A stretch of DNA of 64,000 nucleotides from Longimicrobiales bacterium. Lineage in GTDB: Bacteria; Gemmatimonadota; Gemmatimonadetes; Longimicrobiales; Gaopeijiaceae. The stretch's first letter is position 1; the number at the start of each line of letters is the position of its first letter. Shown here piece after piece: positions 20,550 to 31,986 of this stretch. The notes beneath the pieces are model-generated. The model had not been told where the DNA came from. It did no database searches and was given only the letters and a program-made list of their open reading frames with translations. Position numbers and translations under genes: made by a program. Location of the stretch: positions 1 through 64,000 of the forward strand of contig CBDCKN010000002.1 in the NCBI GenBank assembly GCA_965218295.1. The letters run 5' to 3'.

Positions 20550-22387
20550 ACCGTCCACCGGCGGTGGTAGGTGAACCACTCGACGATCACAAGCAACGTG
20601 GCCACCGCCAGGAGGACGACCCACAGCTCACTGCCTCCGGCCTGCTCCCCGGCCAGACGTAGGGCCCACGGGGGAGCGTTGGCACGGTCGTCGGGACTGA
20701 AGCTCGAGGCGTTCACCGCAGTGCGCTCGCGGTCTGCGAGACTCACGGCCACCCTCAGACGCCGAGGGCCTGCGGCCACCGTATAGAGCCCGGGCTCCTC
20801 GGCGACGAAGACCGTGCGACCGAAGACGTGGGAGGCGGCGATCTCTGCACCCTCCAGGTCGGTGACCTCAGCCTCCGGGAGTGGCACCTCGACACGGCCG
20901 GGACTCTGTAAAAGCGCGCCCCGCTCGTCCATCATCCAACTCAGGACGTTGCTCAGGAAGATCGGGAACGCGGGCTGCAGCGGGAAGTTGGAGTCCTCCA
21001 GGGCGAAGGCCACCCGGATGATCTTCCGGGGCACCTCCGCTGCGATCATCAGCGGCAGCTCGGCCGTCCCGACGATGACCTCAACGTCGGACGAGGTGCC
21101 CGGACCGGTCGGGGCGCCTGCCCCGCCCGGAGCACCCGCCGCGCTCACGAAGCGCACGGCCCGGTCGACGCGCAGGTCCTCCAACGACACGAAGCGCATG
21201 AGCGGGTGGTCCGGATCCCATCCGGACACCGCCGGTGAGGTGAGGACGGCCACCGTGGGGGCCAGCCACCCGACGTTGGGCGGGAGGAACAGCAATGCGG
21301 GACCCGGAGGTGGCTCCTCGGGTGCCCAACGGTCGAAGATGTACAGGTCGGCTCTGACGCTCTCGTCGTACTCCGCCGGAGTGAGAGAGTTGACCCTCAG
21401 GCGCGGCTCGTCCCCCAGGGCGCTCTGCAGGTAGACGCTCCCCGGGCTGACCAGTGCGATGCGGGTGCGGCTCCGTACCGGCAAGAAGGCGAAGGCGAGA
21501 TCGTCGGCGGCGAAGGCGTCACCATCGGTGATCACCGCCACACGGACGGGACCTCGATCGAAGCTGGAGAGATCGATGGTCAGCCCCCGCGACTCGCCCG
21601 CCCGGAGAGTGACGGTCTCACGCAGCCCGCCCTCGCCCGCACCACTCAGACGGACCGAGACCTCCTTGGGCCCCAGCGACGCGTTGGTGATCTCGAGGAA
21701 CGCCTGGTACTCCAACGGAGCCGAAGGCACCGACCCGACCTCGAAGGCGGTGATGCCAACGTTGTCCGCCGGATCGTAGACCGAGATCACTTCGGCCTCG
21801 GCCGGGTCGTCGTCGACCATGACGCCGTCCGAGATGAAGTACAGTGGACCGTCGGCAGCAGCGGGAGTCGGGAACTTCGAAGAGGCGCCCAAGGAGACGC
21901 TGAGGCCATCCAGAATCTCCAGCGCGGACCGGCGATCTCCCGGATCTCTGGAGGGTGCCTGCCCCGAGGTATCGAGAATGAGGAACTCCCCGTCGACGCT
22001 CCCCTGCTGCAAGAGCCCTCTGGCCAGCGCCACGGCGTGCTCCCACCGCGTAAAGCTGCCGGGCGCCCGCGTGGCCATCGTCGCCGAGTTGTCCATCACG
22101 ATCGTCATCCGGGGGATGTCCCCGCCGGCCCACGAGAACTCCGGGCGCCCCATGGCGGCTGCCACCGACAGGCCGATGGTCAGCGCGATCATGAGCGAGA
22201 TCCACCACCGAAGCCGATCGAGGAACGTGCTCCGACGCTTTTCCTTCAGAAGGCGGTTCCACAACAGCCTGGACGGGACGACCATCCGGCGTGGTGGCGG
22301 CTTCAGCCAATACAGTACGGCCACGGTAGCGCCCGTCCCTCCCAGGATCAGGCCTGCGAGCAGCGGGCTCATGGACAAGAAGGTCAC
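20546..22387 (-). CDS. BatA/VWA-domain membrane protein
   Basis: LYWLKPPPRRMVVPSRLLW BatA-like N-terminus; VMDNSATM VWA motif. Confidence 0.82.
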   Translation of the reverse strand: MTFLSMSPLLAGLILGGTGATVAVLYWLKPPPRRMVVPSRLLWNRLLKEKRRSTFLDRLRWWISLMIALTIGLSVAAAMGRPEFSWAGGDIPRMTIVMDNSATMATRAPGSFTRWEHAVALARGLLQQGSVDGEFLILDTSGQAPSRDPGDRRSALEILDGLSVSLGASSKFPTPAAADGPLYFISDGVMVDDDPAEAEVISVYDPADNVGITAFEVGSVPSAPLEYQAFLEITNASLGPKEVSVRLSGAGEGGLRETVTLRAGESRGLTIDLSSFDRGPVRVAVITDGDAFAADDLAFAFLPVRSRTRIALVSPGSVYLQSALGDEPRLRVNSLTPAEYDESVRADLYIFDRWAPEEPPPGPALLFLPPNVGWLAPTVAVLTSPAVSGWDPDHPLMRFVSLEDLRVDRAVRFVSAAGAPGGAGAPTGPGTSSDVEVIVGTAELPLMIAAEVPRKIIRVAFALEDSNFPLQPAFPIFLSNVLSWMMDERGALLQSPGRVEVPLPEAEVTDLEGAEIAASHVFGRTVFVAEEPGLYTVAAGPRRLRVAVSLADRERTAVNASSFSPDDRANAPPWALRLAGEQAGGSELWVVLLAVATLLVIVEWFTYHRRWTV

Positions 22388-23274
22388 CCGAGAAACCTTC
22401 CCTGCCTGAAGACCTGGAGGATGAGATCCTCGAACGGCACCTCGGTGCTCGTCCTCACGTAGCCCCAGCCGTTCTTCCGGCAGTAGGCGCTCACCTCCTC
22501 ACAGTGCTCCTCGAACTTCTCCGCGTACGCGTCCAGAAGCCCGGGCGTCACCTTGATCCGCTCGGTCGTGCCAAGCTCCGAGTCCTCCAGGAGGACCTCG
22601 TCCGGGAGCTCGGGTCGCAGCTCGTCGGAGCTGTACACGTGCACCGCGAACAGGTCCTGTCGAAAGTGCCGCAAGAGATCGAACGCCTTTTCGAAGCCCG
22701 CCTCATCGAGAAAGTCGGAGACCACCACGACCAAACCTCGGCGGCGGCGAGTGGAGAAGAAGCTCTTGAACGCCTTCTCGATGGAGGTCCTGCCGTTCGA
22801 CTCGACCGACTCGAGAAAGCGGAAGGCGTGCCATACCTGATTCTTGCCGAGCCGCGCCGACATCTCCTGCGCGATGCCGTCGGCATAACCCACCAGGTTG
22901 ACGCGGTCCAGGTTGAGCAATCCGATATAACACAGAGCCGCCGCGATCTTCCGGGCGTAGTCGAACTTGAGAGGCTCGCCATGGTCCATGGACCGGCTCG
23001 CGTCGAAGAAGATGTAGATGGGAAGGTCGGCGTCCTCTTCGAAGAGCCTCAGTATGAGCTTGTCCAGCCGAAGAAAGGTGCGCCAATCGACGTTCTTGGT
23101 GTCCTCGCCCGCCACGTATTGGCGGTAGTCCGCGAACTCGATTCCCGAATCGGTCTTCTTCTTGGCCCGGTGCTCCCCGTGAAGGTGCCCGGGAATCATG
23201 TGGCTCGAGACGATGTTGAGGTACTCGAGCTTCTTCAGAAACTCGTCATCGAAGAGCGTTCCCTTCTCACTCAT
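22384..23274 (-). CDS. DUF58 domain protein (MoxR partner)
   Basis: EFADYRQYVAGED..VDW, DASRSM, VVVSDF. Confidence 0.9.
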   Translation of the reverse strand: MSEKGTLFDDEFLKKLEYLNIVSSHMIPGHLHGEHRAKKKTDSGIEFADYRQYVAGEDTKNVDWRTFLRLDKLILRLFEEDADLPIYIFFDASRSMDHGEPLKFDYARKIAAALCYIGLLNLDRVNLVGYADGIAQEMSARLGKNQVWHAFRFLESVESNGRTSIEKAFKSFFSTRRRRGLVVVVSDFLDEAGFEKAFDLLRHFRQDLFAVHVYSSDELRPELPDEVLLEDSELGTTERIKVTPGLLDAYAEKFEEHCEEVSAYCRKNGWGYVRTSTEVPFEDLILQVFRQGRFLG

Positions 23275-23289
23275 GGGGAGCGTCGCCGA

Positions 23290-24281
<992 letters not shown>

Positions 24282-24285
<4 letters not shown>

Positions 24286-25880
24286 TTGCTCCCTCGGGGC
24301 CGTATGGCCAAGAAGTATTTCTTCACGAGGCTCCGATAACGCCACGGAATCCGGTCGACGCCAAGGGCCGATCCCGCCCCGTAGCTCGACGGGCCGCGCA
24401 CGTCACGGTACTCCACTGTCGAGCTCTCCTGCCGGCTCACTCCCCGGAAGATGTCCTCCGGGTCGGGCTCCTCCTCGGGCCCGGGCTCGGGCTCGTCGAA
24501 GACCTCTATGGCCAGCTGCACCTCGAGGGTCGTGGCGGCGCCCAGCTCCTGTGCAGAACCCGTGGGCTCGCTGGTGGCGTGGCCCAGGGGACCGCTGGGG
24601 TCCTGCGCCTCGCTGCTGCCGGCGGATTGCTTCACCTCGTCAGAGGGCATGGCCATGCCGGCCTCGGCGGATTCCTCACCCTCGGAATCGCCCTGCTGCA
24701 GACCGGATAGCTGCTGCATCCCCATCTGTTGCTCGGTGGCTGACTCCCGCATTGCCTGCATCCGGCGCGACGCCTCGTTCCTTCCCTCCTGTGCTTCCTG
24801 GCGTCGGGCCATCTCCTCCATGCGATCGGCCGCCTCTTCAAGGGCTTCCTGAGCGTCCCCCATCTCTCGGTTCTCCATGGCCTCCGCAGCCTCCTGGAGA
24901 GACTCAAGGAGCTCCTCCAGGCCGGGTAGATCGGACAGGGCTGCTTCCCGGAGCTGCGCCATCAGCTCGGCGGCTTTCTTTTCCGTCAGCCCGAACAGGT
25001 TATCCGCAAGCTCGCGCATGAGCTCCGACGCCAAGGCGAGATCCTCGTCTTTCATGGCCTCGGCCAGATCGCCAAGCTCGTTCGAGTCCTCGAACTCCTG
25101 AGCGAGGTCGGCCAAGGCCTCCTCGAGGGCGTTCATCTCGAGGTTGCCCTCTTCGAGGATGTTCTGGGCCTCGCGGAGATCGCGCAGAAGCTCCTCCATG
25201 GTCAACTGCTCGGCCTGGAGCTCCCGTAGAGTCTCCTCGAGCCGGGTCATGGCCTCCGAGTCGTCTTCGCCCTCCAGCTCCTCTGCGCCTTCTACCAGAT
25301 CCCGAATGTCTTCGAGCTGTCGGACCTGGGCCTGGGCGAGGGCCGTCGAATCCGCAGCCGACGCGAAGGTGAGCAGCGGCCCTTCCATGGGGACGAGGGA
25401 CAGAACCTGGAGAACCGCGAAGATTCCAAGAGCCGTCAAGAAGCGTCGTGGGATGGCAGTCGGAACCAGGTGCCGAGCATCGAGACGTCGCGCAGTGTCT
25501 GCGGCCCTCGTCAGCTGAAGATCGATCCACGGCGACTCACCGCCCTGACCCATGAACCAGTGCGCGGTCTTGATCTCGTCGTGGAGGTCGCCCTGTGTGT
25601 CGGCGACCGCGGCAGCCCGAGCGAGGCGACTACCCCCCCGCTGGGACCAGGCAAGGAAAACGGCGAATAGGGCAGCGGCAGCTCCGATCACCGAAAGCTT
25701 CGGAGGCGGAGCGATGGGGAGCAGCATCTTCCCCACCTGGAAGAGGAGCAACACCCCGAGGACGACACAGACCGCGATCGACAGGTGGTCCAGCGCTCCA
25801 TTGAACCGCACCCGGCGATCGATGCGCCTGAGCGTCCCGGTGATGGCCGAGACCTCGAGACCGCGCCCGCTCGGGGCCAT
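24282..25880 (-). CDS. Membrane-anchored coiled-coil protein of the MoxR operon
   Basis: Three TM segments, long acidic coiled coil, C-terminal IPWRYRSLVKKYF. Confidence 0.75.
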
Positions 25881-25896
25881 CAGGAAGCCTCTCCAG

Positions 25897-27348
25897 TCAC
25901 CGGCCGGATTCGTCCGATGTGGTGGTTTGACGCCTTTTCCAAAGCCTCTCCGCCCAGCCTTCCTCCGCCATCAGTCGCTCGATGTCATCGATCTCCACAG
26001 GCACGAACCCGGAGAGATTCTCATACCCGGTCTCCGTGATCAAGATCGCGTCCTCGAGCCGAATGTAGACCTTGTCTTCCGGGATGCGAAGCGCGGGCTC
26101 GATGGTGAATACCATGCCCGGCTGCATGACCTCGTAAGGGGCTCGGACATCGTGCACCTCCATACCCACCATGTGCCCGAGGCTCCGAGCCGGCCGGCGG
26201 TAACGATGGATGAACCTGGCGGCCGCGTCCCTGATCTTAGGGCTGGTGAAGTCGTAGTCGCCGAAGATCCTCTCCATCTTCGCCAGGGCTTCCTCGACGA
26301 TGGCGGCCGGCGTCTCGTGCGGCTTGATTGAGGTCATGAGGGCCTGATACAGCCGCAGGTAGATGGTGTACATCTCCCGCTGCTCCGGGCTGAACTTCCC
26401 GTTGGCCGGAAACATGCGGGTCACGTCGGACGTGTAGTACCTGTAGTCGGGCGCCCAGTCCCAAAGGACCAGATCTGCGTCCTCGAGCCGACTCTGCGAG
26501 GCGTGATAGTGGGGGTAGCAGGCGTTGTCTCCCGTAGCGATGAGGGAGAAGTAGCCGTAGCCCTGGGAGTTGTGCCGCTTGAAGACGTAGTCGCCCACAG
26601 CCTCGAGCTCGTACTCGTACATGCCCACCGCCGCGGATCGGATTCCCTCGATGATGGCCTCGCCCGAGATGCGGCTGGCCTGACGGATAAGCTGGATCTC
26701 CAGGGGACTCTTGATGAGCCTCATGGCGTCGAGGATGGGGTCCAGGTCCCGGATCTCCACGTCGGGAGCGACTTCACGGACACGCTCGATGAACGCAGCC
26801 TCACGGGAGAGTCGGCCATCCCACGGGTCGCTCGCAGAGGCTTCCTCGTGGCTCCTCGAATAACCCGGCGTGGCAGCGTGCAGGGCCTCCGGGCGGAAAG
26901 GCGTGTAAAGCACACGCCCCTCCCGGACGAAGTCGTCCAAGACCGATCCGAAGGCGTCCCGGTCCACGATCCTTTCGATGCCCGTCAGCCGGGCCGCCTC
27001 GTCACCGGGGACCAGCACGGGTCCTTCGGAGCGCTCCTGTCGCTCGTTCCGGGGCTGAATGAACAGCGTCGACTCCCTGCTGCGTCCGTCGATGAGCAGG
27101 ATCGCACGGGGGACTTCGACTCCCGTCAGGTAGAAGAACTGGGCGTTCTGACGGAACTTGATGTAGCCCGGGTACTCCGTGGCACCCTGCATGACCGCCA
27201 CGGCGTCGCCGATTCGATCCAGGACCCGGCCCCGGCGAGCGGAGAACTCCTCTGTAGGGAAAGCGTCCGTGAAGAGCGGCCCCTGGGCCTGCAGAGGACC
27301 GGCGACCAGCAGAGCGAGCAACGCCCCGAGACCAACGCGAGCTCTCAT
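25897..27348 (-). CDS. Secreted Xaa-Pro aminopeptidase (M24 family)
   Basis: Signal peptide; YTSDVTRMFP, GHMVGMEVHD, FTIEP, RLED metal ligands. Confidence 0.9.
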   Translation of the reverse strand: MRARVGLGALLALLVAGPLQAQGPLFTDAFPTEEFSARRGRVLDRIGDAVAVMQGATEYPGYIKFRQNAQFFYLTGVEVPRAILLIDGRSRESTLFIQPRNERQERSEGPVLVPGDEAARLTGIERIVDRDAFGSVLDDFVREGRVLYTPFRPEALHAATPGYSRSHEEASASDPWDGRLSREAAFIERVREVAPDVEIRDLDPILDAMRLIKSPLEIQLIRQASRISGEAIIEGIRSAAVGMYEYELEAVGDYVFKRHNSQGYGYFSLIATGDNACYPHYHASQSRLEDADLVLWDWAPDYRYYTSDVTRMFPANGKFSPEQREMYTIYLRLYQALMTSIKPHETPAAIVEEALAKMERIFGDYDFTSPKIRDAAARFIHRYRRPARSLGHMVGMEVHDVRAPYEVMQPGMVFTIEPALRIPEDKVYIRLEDAILITETGYENLSGFVPVEIDDIERLMAEEGWAERLWKRRQTTTSDESGR

Positions 27349-28608
27349 GATGATCTCTCTGTCACGGCAGCTTGAAAGGAACGGCCCAAAGTGTACGGGC
27401 GGGGAGGGACGTGCAAGCAAACGTACAAGGAGTCAAGCGGAAGGCCGATCCACGCGCAAGCTCCGCGTGAACCCGCCCCCGTCACCAACGCCCTCCCTCG
27501 GCCGGGGCCGCTGGCGGCCGGTCTCCATCGGCTTCACCTTGTCCGCCTAGGTGCTCCCTCTCGAGGGAGCACCTCGCGGCGACTGCGGAGTCAGCCCGGT
27601 TTATCCGTAGTGCGACGTGCCGAGCAAAGGATGAGAGGACGCCCCAACATGGCGGACCAGAAGCGCAGACTAGCGGCCATCCTGAGCGCCGACGTTGTCG
27701 GCTACTCTCGGCTGATGGGCGACGACGAGGAAGCGACCATCGCCGTCCTCGTGGACCGTCGGGAGGTCTTCAGCGAGCGCGTCGAGGACCACGACGGCAG
27801 GGTGGTCGACACGGCCGGTGACAGCGTTCTATGCGTCTTCGACAGCGTGGTCGAAGCCGTGCGCTGTGCGGTCGAGATTCAGATCACGTTCTCCGAGTGG
27901 AACGCGGAGCTCAGAGAGGATCGCAGAATGCGATTCCGAATCGGCGTCAACCTGGGCGACATTATCGAAAAGGAAGACGGGACGGTCTATGGCGACGGCG
28001 TGAACGTCGCGGCTCGAATGGAGGCGTTGGGCGAACCTGGGGGGGTGATCCTATCGGAGGACGCATACCGCCAGGTTCGCGCCAAGCTCGAGGTGACGTT
28101 CGAGGACATGGGCGATCAGGAGGTCAAGAACATTGCGGAGCCGATCCGCGCCTTCAGGATCAAGCTGGATGACGGCGGCGGGAGGCACGAGGTGTCCGGC
28201 GTTGATCCGTCAACAATGCAGCAGGAAATCCGTTTCTGCTCGGCGTCCGATGGAGTCCGAATCGCATACGCCACCTCCGGCAAAGGCCTGCCGCTGGTCA
28301 AGGCGGCAAACTGGCTAAACCACCTCGAATACGACTGGCAGAGCCCGGTGTGGCGTCATCTGCTGCAGGAGCTTACGAAGGATCACTTGCTGATCCGGTA
28401 TGACGAGCGCGGTAATGGGCTCTCTGACTGGGACGTTGGCGATATCTCCTTCGACGCATTCGTACGAGATCTGGAGACAGTCATCGATGCCACCGGACTG
28501 GAGCGGTTCGCACTCCTGGGGATCTCACAAGGATGTTCAGTCTCAATCGCCTATGCGGTGAGGCATCCGGAACGCGTTACGCACCTTGTGCTGTATGGCG
28601 GATACGCC

Positions 28609-29986
28609 GAGCTAGGATCAAAGGGTGTGTAAAAAGAGAGGCGACGTACCTTTCCGCTGAGTAATAACCAGCGAACTCCGGGTGACAGCCCGGGGGAAAG
28701 GAACGACGCCTCGTGAGGAAGAATACGGTGGGACCCGAGGGTGAGTCCAGGACGCCCGTGTGGGAAGTTCTGGAAGAAGTGGTTCGGGAGAAGGCGCAGG
28801 AGTTCATTCAACAGATCTTGGAGGAGGAAGTCACGGAGTTGCTAGGGCGAGAGAAGTCAGAGCGCAGGAGGGTGGTGGACGCGACCGAGGGCTACCGCAA
28901 CGGATACGGCAAGCCGAGGCGGCTGGCGATGAGCTCGGGCACGATCACACTCCGACGCCCTCGAGTTCGAGGCCTTGAGGAGCGGTTCGAGAGCCGCGTG
29001 CTGCCGTTGTTCGCGAGGCGGACGAAGGAGCTGGGCGCTCTGCTTCCGGAGCTGTATCTGCACGGACTGGCGGAGGGAGACTTCGAGTTGGCGATGCGGG
29101 GCCTGCTGGGCGAGGGGGCACCGCTGTCGAAGTCTTCGATTCGGCGGCTGCGGGCGGGATGGACGGCGGAGTTCGAGGAATGGAGCCAGCGTCGCCTGGA
29201 GGGTCGTGAGGTCGTCTACGTGTGGGCGGACGGGATCTATGTGAAGGCAGGGCTGGAGCGGGACAAAGCGGCGCTGCTGGTGGTGCTGGGTGCCATGCGA
29301 GACGGGACGAAAGAGGTGTTGGCCCTGAGAGCGGGCTACCGAGAGTCGGTCGAGTCCTGGTCCGAGGTGTTGCGGGACCTGAAGGCACGCGGCATCGAGG
29401 CGCCCCGGCTTCTGATGGCGGACGGTAACGCTGCGATCTGGGGCGCAGTACGGCAGGTATGGCCTGAGGCGGGTGAGCAACGGTGCTGGAACCACAAGAT
29501 GAGGAACGTGCTGGACCGACTACCTCAGCGGGAGCAGGGCGAGGCGAAGGATCTTCTCCGGGCCGTGGTCTACGCACCGAGCCGGGCCGAGGCCCTGAAG
29601 GCCCGCGAGGTGTTCGCCCGACGCTATAGGCCGTGGTATCCGAAAGCAGTGGACGTACTCGAGGACGACTGGGAGCGGATGGTAGCGTTCTACGACTTCC
29701 CCGAGGACCACTGGAAGCATCTACGCACGACGAACGTGGTCGAGAGCCCGTTCGCCGCGGTACGGCTCAGGACGACAGCAGCGAAGCGGTTCAAGCGGGT
29801 CGAGAGCGCTACGGCGCTAATCTGGAAGTTGCTCTTGGTGGCTGAGAAGCGGTTCCGAAGGCTCGACGCTCCTCACCTCCTCAAGGACGTATTTGAAGGA
29901 AGAAAGTTCGAAGACGGAAAGCCCGTCTCACACCAACAGCGGAAGAACGCCGCCTAATACGTTTACACACCTATTGACCCAACCTC
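28609..29986 (+). mobile_element. IS256-family element A, copy 1 (1378 bp), 9-bp target duplication GGATACGCC
   Basis: Imperfect TIRs GAGCTAGGATCAAAGGGTGTGTAAA / TTTACACACCTATTGACCCAACCTC; DR at 28600-28608 and 29987-29995. Confidence 0.95.
28713..29957 (+). CDS. IS256-family (Mutator) transposase
   Basis: YRNGY, WADGIY, MADG, QRCWNHKMRN, LRTTNVVE. Confidence 0.95.
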   Translation: MRKNTVGPEGESRTPVWEVLEEVVREKAQEFIQQILEEEVTELLGREKSERRRVVDATEGYRNGYGKPRRLAMSSGTITLRRPRVRGLEERFESRVLPLFARRTKELGALLPELYLHGLAEGDFELAMRGLLGEGAPLSKSSIRRLRAGWTAEFEEWSQRRLEGREVVYVWADGIYVKAGLERDKAALLVVLGAMRDGTKEVLALRAGYRESVESWSEVLRDLKARGIEAPRLLMADGNAAIWGAVRQVWPEAGEQRCWNHKMRNVLDRLPQREQGEAKDLLRAVVYAPSRAEALKAREVFARRYRPWYPKAVDVLEDDWERMVAFYDFPEDHWKHLRTTNVVESPFAAVRLRTTAAKRFKRVESATALIWKLLLVAEKRFRRLDAPHLLKDVFEGRKFEDGKPVSHQQRKNAA

Positions 29987-30673
29987 GGATACGCCAGAGG
30001 TAGGCGCAAGCGTGGCTCGCCAGAGGCAATTGAAGAGACAGACGCCGTTCTGACCCTCATACGACACGGATGGGGCTCGGAAAACCCCGCGTTTCGACAG
30101 ATCTTCACCTCGCGTTTCATCCCTGATGCAACGGCGGAACAGATGCAGTGGTTCAACGATCTACAGCGGATGACCGCCTCGCCAGAAAACGCGGTCCGGA
30201 TTCGCCAGGTTATCGACGAAATAGACGTAGACTCCCTTCTTCCCCAGGTCACCGTCCCGACAGTCGTGTTGCACTGCCGCGATGACGCGGCCGTACCCTT
30301 CGAAGAGGGACGTAGAATAGCCGCCGGGATCTCCGGGGCCCGGTTCGTCGAGCTCGATGGGCGGAACCATCTCATCGTAGAACACGAACCGGCCTGGCCT
30401 CGTTTCTTGGAGGAGGTTAGGGCTTTTCTCGCTTAGTCGACGGGGCGTTGGTGCAAGGCTCCGAATCCCGGCGCATCGTCTGAGTCGTGCTAAGGTGACG
30501 AGGAGCATGGCCCGGGCGAATTGGGCACCGTACTTTAACCCCGTACCCCTCCCTGGGAAGCTGTCCCAACCGTAGTTGAAGGTTCCTGATAGGGGAGAAA
30601 GAAAAGTGGTGGCTCCGGGGGTCCCGGGCCGATAGGCTCGGGTAGGCAAAAACCCCAACACGGAGCCACCACG

Positions 30674-31963
30674 ATGAAGAGAACGTACGAGGTAAGGGAT
30701 CGGGCGGACAAGCGCGCGATCAGGGAGTTCCTGAAGCGGGAGGGGCAGTTTCTGCTTCCGATGCTTGAGCTCGTGGAGCAGACGGAGGTCGCGATCGACG
30801 AAGTCATCCAGGTGATGGGACGAGCGACGATCGAAGCGGTGCTGGAGATGAGCGCCGAGGGTGTGGCAGGCGTGAAGCAGGCAGGTCGGTCACGAGCGGA
30901 AGACGACACGGTGTGGTATGGCCGGCAGGGTGGTGTGGTTTACCTGTCGGACCGGAAGGTGCGTGTGGAGCGGCCACGGCTCAGGCGCCGGGGCGCCGGG
31001 GAGGGTGGCGAGGTCGAGGTGCCGGCGTACGCAGCGATGCGGAGACCGGGCGCCGTGGCGGATCGGATGCTCGAGGTCCTGATGGCGGGGGTGAGCACGC
31101 GGAAGTACGGCCGTGTGATCGGTGAGATGGCCGACACGGTCGGGGTGAGCAAGTCGGCGGTGAGCCGTGAGACGGTCGAGGCCTCGGAGCGCGTGCTGAA
31201 GGAGCTGATGGAGCGCCGGCTGGATGCGTGGGACCTCCTGGTGATCTACCTGGACGGGATCCAGATGGGCTCGCACCACGTGCTTGCTGCGGTAGGCGTG
31301 GACTCAGACGGAAAGAAGCACGTGCTGGGCGTGAGGGAAGGAGCGAGTGAGAACGCCGAGGTGACCGGGGCGCTCCTAGAGGATCTGGTCGAGCGCGGCC
31401 TGGACCCGGGCAGGCGGCGGCTGTTCGTGATCGATGGCTCGAAAGCGCTCAGGAAGGCGATCGAGAAGGTGTTCGGCCAACGTCACCCCATCCAGCGCTG
31501 CCGCAACCACAAGCTCCGCAACGTGCTGGGTCATCTGCCGAAGGATCAGCATCCTCAGGTGAAGGCGGCGTTCCGGGCGGCGATGAAGCTGGACGCGAAG
31601 CAGGGCGAGCAGAAGCTCGAGCAGCTCGCCCGATGGCTCGAGCGCGACCACCCCTCGGCCTCGGCCAGCCTACGCGAAGGCCTCAGCGAGATGTTCACGA
31701 TCAACCGGCTCGGCCTCCCGCCGCGGCTGAGGAAGTGCCTGGGCTCGACCAACCTGATCGACAGCACCCACTCGGGCGTAAGACAGAAGACCCGCAGGGT
31801 GACCAACTGGAAGAACGGAGCGATGGCCTTGCGCTGGGCTGCGGCCTCGTTCGTGGAGACCGAGAAGAGCTACCGGAGGATCATCGGCTACGACCAGCTC
31901 TGGATGCTCAGGGCCCACCTCGACGACCATGAACCGGTTGCCGAAATGAGAAAGGCAGGCTAA
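30674..31963 (+). CDS. IS256-family transposase (element B)
   Basis: GVSTRKY, YLDG, VIDG, QRCRNHKLRNV, STNLIDS. Confidence 0.95.
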   Translation: MKRTYEVRDRADKRAIREFLKREGQFLLPMLELVEQTEVAIDEVIQVMGRATIEAVLEMSAEGVAGVKQAGRSRAEDDTVWYGRQGGVVYLSDRKVRVERPRLRRRGAGEGGEVEVPAYAAMRRPGAVADRMLEVLMAGVSTRKYGRVIGEMADTVGVSKSAVSRETVEASERVLKELMERRLDAWDLLVIYLDGIQMGSHHVLAAVGVDSDGKKHVLGVREGASENAEVTGALLEDLVERGLDPGRRRLFVIDGSKALRKAIEKVFGQRHPIQRCRNHKLRNVLGHLPKDQHPQVKAAFRAAMKLDAKQGEQKLEQLARWLERDHPSASASLREGLSEMFTINRLGLPPRLRKCLGSTNLIDSTHSGVRQKTRRVTNWKNGAMALRWAAASFVETEKSYRRIIGYDQLWMLRAHLDDHEPVAEMRKAG

Positions 31964-31986
31964 CAAGGAGACTCTCCGGAGCCACC

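Larger units (their letters stand above)
27649..30436 (+). pseudogene. Class III adenylate/guanylate cyclase fused to an alpha/beta hydrolase, split by an IS256 element
   Basis: RRLAAILSADVVGYSRLM, GDGVNVAAR, GISQG nucleophile elbow. The frame resumes after the IS (..GGYA|RGRRKRG..LDGRNH). Confidence 0.9.
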
